Source: an uncultured Verrucomicrobiae bacterium | Lineage (GTDB): Bacteria > Verrucomicrobiota > Verrucomicrobiia > Chthoniobacterales > JAATET01 | NCBI GenBank assembly: GCA_963719495.1 | Contig: CAVRCI010000001.1 | Location: forward strand, 224,001 to 288,000 | DNA: 64,000 nucleotides | Direction of reading: 5' to 3' | Shown here: piece by piece, positions 58,398-64,000 of the stretch | Numbering within the stretch: position 1 is the stretch's first letter | Layout of the letters: the number at the start of each line of letters is the position of its first letter | The notes under the pieces: model-generated | Told to the model about the DNA's origin: nothing | Databases searched by the model: none | What the model saw: only the letters and a program-made list of their open reading frames with translations | Made by a program: the position numbers and the translations under genes

Positions 58398-58475
58398 GGG
58401 AGCGCACGCGTCCCCGCGTGCGAGCCGCGGCGTCCCGCCGCGGCACCCGGCAAGTCGAGCGAAGCGAGAGAGCCG
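58397..58475 (+). repeat. REP-like family A element overlapping the uvrC TAG stop
   Basis: Same TAG-GGGA junction as 21204-21210. Confidence 0.9.
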
Positions 58476-58511
58476 GACTCAACCCACCATTCACCATTCA
58501 CGATTCACCAA

Positions 58512-59126
58512 TCACGCGGTAATCCGCTCCCGCGCCACCGTCACGCAAGCCGGCTTCAAATAAAACGGCACCACCTCCGCGGCACCAGCCTCCCCGCAAG
58601 CCACCTCCGCCAGCACCCCCGCGTCCGGCGTCACGACCTCGAAGTCCCCCAACGCTCCCACCGAAAAAACCGGCACCGCACCAACCGCCGCCAACCGCTC
58701 TTCCAGCGCCTCCCGCCGGATCAGTTCCACTTCCCCAACGACCCGCCGATCCCGCACCCGCGCAAAAAACACCGACCCACCCCGCGCATCCCCGACCGCC
58801 ACGTATTCCGAAATCGCATCTCCCGCTGCCGCCCCCATCGGCAGACACCGCACCGACTCCACCCCCACCAGCTCCGCCCCCGTCGTCAGCCGCAAACCCG
58901 CCGCCGCCGCGACCGACGACCGCAGTCCATTGTAAGATCCCGGCCCAACCCCCACCGCCACGCGCTCAACCCCCCCCACCGCCCGCACCGCCGCCGCCAG
59001 CACCGGAAAAAACCGCCCACCCCGCCCCCGCGGCGAGTCGAAATCCTCCCGAAAAACCACCTCCCCAGCCACCGTCGCCGCCACGCTCCCCCGCGCCGTC
59101 GAGCAATCGAAAGCCACCACCCTCAC
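58512..59126 (-). CDS. tsaB: tRNA threonylcarbamoyladenosine biosynthesis protein TsaB
   Basis: AFDCST, AVGVGPGSYNGLR, DAR, P.Y; GTGA overlap with tsaE. Confidence 0.88.
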   Translation of the reverse strand: MRVVAFDCSTARGSVAATVAGEVVFREDFDSPRGRGGRFFPVLAAAVRAVGGVERVAVGVGPGSYNGLRSSVAAAAGLRLTTGAELVGVESVRCLPMGAAAGDAISEYVAVGDARGGSVFFARVRDRRVVGEVELIRREALEERLAAVGAVPVFSVGALGDFEVVTPDAGVLAEVACGEAGAAEVVPFYLKPACVTVARERITA

Positions 59127-59584
59127 GCCGCCGCCACCGCCTCCACGCGCCGCGCCGACCCAGCCACCGCGATCCGCACCCGCAGCGTATCCTCGGGCAG
59201 CGCCCCCGCCCCAAACCGATCCCCCCACTCCACGAGCACCACCCCGCTCCCGTCCAGGTAATCGTCGAACCCCAAGTTCACCAAATCCTCCACGGCCCCC
59301 AACCGGTAAAAATCGAAGTGATAAACCGGCAGCCGCCCCCCGAGATATTCCTGCACCAAGGTAAAAGTCGGACTACTCACCTCGCCCGCCCACCCCAGCC
59401 CCCGCGCGACCCCCTTCGCAAAGTGCGTCTTCCCCGCCCCGAGCGGCCCCTCCAGCGACACCGTCACGCCCGCCACCAAATCTTGCCCAAATTCAGCCCC
59501 CAGCTCCACCATCTCCTCCACCGTCGCGCAGACCACCGTCCCCCCAGCCCTGAGGCCCTCCGACGACGGTTTTCGATTTGCCAT
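59123..59584 (-). CDS. tsaE: tRNA threonylcarbamoyladenosine biosynthesis ATPase TsaE
   Basis: GPLGAGKT, VSSPTF, YHFDFYRL, VEW. Confidence 0.95.
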   Translation of the reverse strand: MANRKPSSEGLRAGGTVVCATVEEMVELGAEFGQDLVAGVTVSLEGPLGAGKTHFAKGVARGLGWAGEVSSPTFTLVQEYLGGRLPVYHFDFYRLGAVEDLVNLGFDDYLDGSGVVLVEWGDRFGAGALPEDTLRVRIAVAGSARRVEAVAAA

Positions 59585-59613
59585 TGCCCGGCGAATCTAG
59601 AACCTTCGCCCCC

Positions 59614-61194
59614 ATGGACTCAACCTCCCTCTGGCCCCGCTTTCAGAAGTATTTTCTCCGTTACGACGACCTCGGATTTTCCGTCGACGTCTCCCGCATG
59701 CACTTCGGCGACGACTTCTTCGCGTCGATGGAGGCCAAATCCAACACCGCCTTTGCCGCCATGGACGCCCTCGAGGCCGGCGGGATCGCCAACCCCGACG
59801 AGAACCGCATGGTCGGCCATTATTGGCTCCGCAACGCCTCGCTCGCACCCAGCGCCGAGCTCACCGCCGACGTCGAGACCACCCGCGACGACATCCTCGA
59901 ATTCGCCCGGGCCGTCCACGCCGGCGAGGTCAAAGCCGCCAACGGCGCGAAATTCACCGACTTCCTCTCCATCGGCATCGGCGGCTCCGCCCTCGGTCCC
60001 GAACTCGTCGCCGACGCCCTCTGGGAGCCATCGAATCCCATTCGCCTCCACTTCCTCGACAACACCGACCCCGACGGGTTCCAGAAGGTCCTCGCCCAGG
60101 TTGGCCCGAACCTTGCAACCACCCTCGTCGCCGTCATTTCGAAATCCGGCGGCACCCAGGAGCCTCGCAACGCCATGCTCGCCACCCAGGCCGCGTTCGA
60201 ATCCGCAAACATCCCGTTCGCCCCGCACGCCGTCGCCATCACCGGCAAGGACAGCCTCCTCGACCGCACCGCCCGAAGCGAAGGCTGGCTTCGCCGCTTC
60301 CCGATGTTCGACTGGATTGGCGGCCGCACCTCCATCATGAGCGCCGTCGGCCTTCTCCCCATGGCCATCCAGGGCCTCGACGTCCCCGCCTTCCTTGAAG
60401 GAGCCAAATCCATGGACGCGAAGACGCGCGTCCACGACCAGACCGGCAACGCCGCCATGCTCCTCGCCCTCATGTGGTTCGCCTCCGGCGACGGCCAAGG
60501 CAAAAAAGACATGGTCGTCCTGCCCTACAAGGACCGCCTCCTCCTCTTCAGCCGTTACCTCCAGCAGCTCGTCATGGAATCCCTCGGCAAACGTCTCGAC
60601 CTCGACGGCAACGTCGTGAATCAGGGTATCGCCGTCTACGGCAACAAAGGCTCGACCGACCAGCACGCCTACGTCCAGCAGCTCCGCGACGGCGTGAACA
60701 ATTTCTTCGCCACCTTCATCGAGACCCACGAGTCCGCCCCGGGTGCCGACCCCGAAGTCGCTCCCGGCGCGACCTCCGGCGACTTCCTCCAGGGCTTCCT
60801 CCGCGGCACCCGCAAAGCCCTCGCCGAGAGCGACCGCGAATCCATCACCGTCAGCATCCCCCGCGTCGACGCCTTCAACCTCGGAGCCCTCATCGCCCTC
60901 TACGAGCGCGCCGTCGGGTTCTACGGCACCCTCGTCAACGTGAACGCCTACCACCAGCCCGGCGTCGAAGCCGGCAAAAAAGCCGCCGCGGAAGTGATCG
61001 ACCTCCAGGCCAAAGTCATCGCCGAGCTCGAGTCCCACGCGGGCCAGGTGCTGACCGCCGAAGACATCGCCACCGCCGTCGCCGCCGACCCCGAGGAGGT
61101 CTACCACATCGGGCGTCACCTCGCCGCCAACCGCGCCACCATCACGACCGCGGTCGGCACCAGCCCCGCCGAAGACACCTTCCAATCCAGCTAA
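59614..61194 (+). CDS. pgi: Glucose-6-phosphate isomerase
   Basis: GIGGSALG, ISKSGGT.E, DWIGGRTS, QQLVMESLGK, QPGVEAGK. Confidence 0.96.
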   Translation: MDSTSLWPRFQKYFLRYDDLGFSVDVSRMHFGDDFFASMEAKSNTAFAAMDALEAGGIANPDENRMVGHYWLRNASLAPSAELTADVETTRDDILEFARAVHAGEVKAANGAKFTDFLSIGIGGSALGPELVADALWEPSNPIRLHFLDNTDPDGFQKVLAQVGPNLATTLVAVISKSGGTQEPRNAMLATQAAFESANIPFAPHAVAITGKDSLLDRTARSEGWLRRFPMFDWIGGRTSIMSAVGLLPMAIQGLDVPAFLEGAKSMDAKTRVHDQTGNAAMLLALMWFASGDGQGKKDMVVLPYKDRLLLFSRYLQQLVMESLGKRLDLDGNVVNQGIAVYGNKGSTDQHAYVQQLRDGVNNFFATFIETHESAPGADPEVAPGATSGDFLQGFLRGTRKALAESDRESITVSIPRVDAFNLGALIALYERAVGFYGTLVNVNAYHQPGVEAGKKAAAEVIDLQAKVIAELESHAGQVLTAEDIATAVAADPEEVYHIGRHLAANRATITTAVGTSPAEDTFQSS

Positions 61195-61208
61195 CCGACC
61201 TTCGTCCC

Positions 61209-61613
61209 ATGCGCCGCCTGTCCTCCGCCCTCCTCGCCGTCGCGCTCACCGTCGTTCTTTCATCCTGCGGCGAAAGCCCGAAGACGACCATCGAACTCAC
61301 GCGCCAGCAACTCGCGGAATACAAAGCCGACCCGACCGAGGCCAACCGCGCCGAAGTCGAAACCAGCCTCGCCAAGCTCGACGCGCAGATCAACGACCTC
61401 GAAGTCCGCAACAAGACGACGGACGCGAAGATCTTCCGAGCCAGCGAAGAGAGCCTTCGGGCCGATTTCCGTTCCGCCCGAATGACCAATTCCCTCCGCG
61501 ACGCCCAGGACGCCGTCGAAGGAGTCGGCAGCGCCTTCAAAGACGCCGGCCGCACCATCGGCGACGCCTTCCGGGAAGTCACCGGCCGAAACAACCCCAC
61601 CCCCGAACCGTAA
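61209..61613 (+). CDS. Helical lipoprotein, hypothetical
   Basis: Lipobox LSS-C after signal peptide. Confidence 0.75.
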   Translation: MRRLSSALLAVALTVVLSSCGESPKTTIELTRQQLAEYKADPTEANRAEVETSLAKLDAQINDLEVRNKTTDAKIFRASEESLRADFRSARMTNSLRDAQDAVEGVGSAFKDAGRTIGDAFREVTGRNNPTPEP

Positions 61614-61978
61614 GCCAAACTTCGCAACAGCGAAGTCCCAAGGCGGCAACACCGCCCCCTCCCCCAAACCCAATCATCCTGAGCGACGCGAACTTACGAG
61701 CGGATCGAGCAGCCGGTGATAAACCGATCTACGGCAGCGAAACCCTTTCTTCCAAGTCTTTGCGATCTTTGCGGCCTTCTGTTCGAAGCCTCATTGCATT
61801 TTCCTTCGTTCCCTGGGTCCCTTCTGTTCAGGGCAACCTTTGTTATCCGGCGGCCTTCTCCCGGCCCCATCCAACCCGGATCGCCACGTCCCGGCAAAGA
61901 GTCCGTCCCGTATCCTTCGCGCTCTCCGCGTTCTCGGCGGTCAAAGCACAGACCCCTAATCCCGCAAACGAGTTCGCG

Positions 61979-63859
61979 TCACCGTCCCAGCAACTCGCCA
62001 ACTTTCCGCACCAGCGCCACCGCATCCACCGGCTTCGCCAAATGGTCGTCGAACCCCGCCTGGATCGCCTGATCCCGATCCCGCTCCCGAGCAAACGCCG
62101 TGATCGCCACCGTCTTCAAAACCCGCACCTCTTCCGAAGAATGGTTCCGCAGTTTGCGAATGAAAGAATACCCATCCTCATTCGGCATCCCAATGTCCGA
62201 CAAGACACCGTCCGGCAGCCAGCCCCCGTCGAGCACCGCCATCGCCTCGGCCACGTGAGCCGCCGTTCGCACCTCCGCCCCGGCGCGGGACAACACCCGT
62301 GACATCACGGTCGTCGTGTCTCGCTGGTCGTCCACGACCAACAACTTGACGCCGGTCAAAGCCAGCGCTGGCCCCTTCGCCGGCGCGGTCGACGTCGGCA
62401 ACACGGGCACCGAATATTGATCGCCTTCGAGCACTCCCGTCGCCCGTTGCAGATCGCGCACGGCCAGCACCGGAATCTCGACCACGAACTTCGCGCCCGA
62501 TCCGTCCGTTCGATTGTTCGCCGCAATGGAACCGCCGTGAAGCTCGACCAAGTGCCGCGTGATCGACAACCCAAGACCCAAGCCGCTTTTCCCCCGGGCC
62601 GAACCCCCATCCTGTTGAGCAAATCGCTCGAAGATGCGCGACAGGAATTCGTTCGAAATCCCCGGCCCGTCGTCGACGACCTCCAGCACGACGCTCGATC
62701 CCACAATCTCCAGCGACGCCTTCACCCGCCCATTTTTGGCAGCGAACTTGATCGCGTTCGCGAGCAAATTCCAAACAACCTGCTGCAAACGATCCACGTC
62801 ACCCAGCACCCAACACGAATCTCCGCTCGAAACCGCCGTCAATTCCACCCCGCGAGCCCGGGCGGTCGGACGCAACCCATCGGCGACGCCCACCAGAACA
62901 ACGCGCAAATCCACCTGCCGGATCTGCAACCGAACCTTCCCGGTGATGATCCGCGACACGTCGAGCAGATCGTCGATCAAATGAGCCTGAGCCCGCGCGT
63001 TTCGATCGATCGTCTCGAGCGCCTCGTCGAGCTCGCCCGGATTCTCCACCCCCTGCCGCAACAAACTCGTCCAGCCCAGAATCGCGTTCAGCGGCGTGCG
63101 CAACTCGTGCGACACGACGGCGAGAAATTCGTCCTTCAGCTGATTCGCGTGCGCGACCTCGCTGTGGGCCGCCCGCTCGGATGCGAGGGACCTCTGCAAC
63201 TGATCCCGGGCCGCGGCGGCTTCCTTCAAGGAAAGATCGCGTTGCACCAGGTATCGCCGGACGAGGATGAAGAAGAAGACAACCCCGAGCCCGAGGATGA
63301 GCGCAAAGATCAGCCGCAGCCACTCGTTGAAAGCCCGCCGCTGCGTCTCGGCGGCGAGCACCTCGCGGGATTGCGCGGCGAGCTCGGTGTCGGCGTCCTC
63401 CAATTCGCGGCGCAGTTCCGCCATGCTCTCCCGCCCCTCGTCGGTGTTGACGAGGGCGATCGCCGCCGCCGCGCCTTCCTGTTCATTCAGGCGCAGCACC
63501 TCGGCCATCTCGGCCAGCTTAGCCGATTCGAAGGGTCGCATCCGGGTTCGAAGATCCCGCAGGAATGCTCGCGGGGCCAGACTGCCCGCCTCCTCGACCT
63601 CCCGATCCGCCAACTGGGCGGCGGCCCGCCGGTAGGGCTCCAGATAGGCTTCGTTGCCCGTAAGCAGAAAGCCGCGCTGACCCATCTCGGCGTCGAGGTA
63701 AAGCGCCAGTAACGACTTCACGTCGATCCGCAGACCCTGAATCTCCGCCAGCCGCTGCTGGTCGGCCCGCAGCACGCCCACGGAATACCGTTGGACGAAA
63801 TAATTCGTCGCCAGCAAGAGCAGAATGACCGCAAACACGGCGTTGATGGACCATTTCAT
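61979..63859 (-). CDS. CHASE3 hybrid sensor histidine kinase with receiver domain
   Basis: TM-'DAEMGQRGFLLTG..YLEPY'-TM, SHELRTP, NAIKF, GLGLGL, SDIGMP. Confidence 0.93.
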   Translation of the reverse strand: MKWSINAVFAVILLLLATNYFVQRYSVGVLRADQQRLAEIQGLRIDVKSLLALYLDAEMGQRGFLLTGNEAYLEPYRRAAAQLADREVEEAGSLAPRAFLRDLRTRMRPFESAKLAEMAEVLRLNEQEGAAAAIALVNTDEGRESMAELRRELEDADTELAAQSREVLAAETQRRAFNEWLRLIFALILGLGVVFFFILVRRYLVQRDLSLKEAAAARDQLQRSLASERAAHSEVAHANQLKDEFLAVVSHELRTPLNAILGWTSLLRQGVENPGELDEALETIDRNARAQAHLIDDLLDVSRIITGKVRLQIRQVDLRVVLVGVADGLRPTARARGVELTAVSSGDSCWVLGDVDRLQQVVWNLLANAIKFAAKNGRVKASLEIVGSSVVLEVVDDGPGISNEFLSRIFERFAQQDGGSARGKSGLGLGLSITRHLVELHGGSIAANNRTDGSGAKFVVEIPVLAVRDLQRATGVLEGDQYSVPVLPTSTAPAKGPALALTGVKLLVVDDQRDTTTVMSRVLSRAGAEVRTAAHVAEAMAVLDGGWLPDGVLSDIGMPNEDGYSFIRKLRNHSSEEVRVLKTVAITAFARERDRDQAIQAGFDDHLAKPVDAVALVRKVGELLGR

Positions 63860-63906
63860 GGTGAGCGTCGTGAACAAACGACGCTCACGGCTCCGATGGT
63901 CGTCTT

Positions 63907-63999
63907 TCAATTCGGAACCTCCCTGGCGAACCGGGGGCCGGCCACGGCTCTCCGCGCTCCCAGATACCGCGCCACGACCGCGCAGGCCAGCGCCCACCC
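63907..63999 (-). CDS. Possible 3' end of an upstream membrane protein
   Basis: Frame reads GWALACAVVARYLG...* from the window edge; very short. Confidence 0.3.
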   Translation of the reverse strand, partial: GWALACAVVARYLGARRAVAGPRFAREVPN

Positions 64000-64000
64000 G

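Overview
GC-rich bacterial chromosomal segment. PEP-CTERM and H-X9-DG-type prepilin genes, a PVC-style MoxR operon and futalosine-pathway mqnC suggest Verrucomicrobiota (inference). Most of it is housekeeping: uppP, ugd, lptD, galE, ispD, gltX, aroE, mqnC, rodA, nadK, tlyA, pfkA, mtgA, uvrC, tsaBE and pgi. Three things stand out. (1) An ~11 kb locus (27968-39065) combines a secreted cyanophycinase-family S51 peptidase, an Opp-type ABC importer, astA-astB without astC/D/E, an M20 amidohydrolase, a PEP-CTERM protein, a pilin-like protein and a LuxR-type regulator. Both divergent promoter regions carry the same 22-bp motif (19/22 identical), which suggests an undescribed cyanophycin/beta-Asp-Arg scavenging regulon with a short arginine pathway. 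(2) A dense set of REP-like hairpins with a G(G/T)A(G/A) foot, plus 7-mer tandem repeats. Several copies lie in frame inside genes of an 8-gene MoxR/vWA operon (6541-21206). (3) Two spacer-less perfect palindromes (34 and 48 bp, both centred on CGGCCG), a coiled-coil insertion in LptD, a decayed SDR-FAH sugar-catabolism remnant and a strong, patchy C-over-G strand skew. I recognised no rRNA, tRNA, CRISPR array or transposase. All protein calls come from motif recognition by eye; no searches were run.
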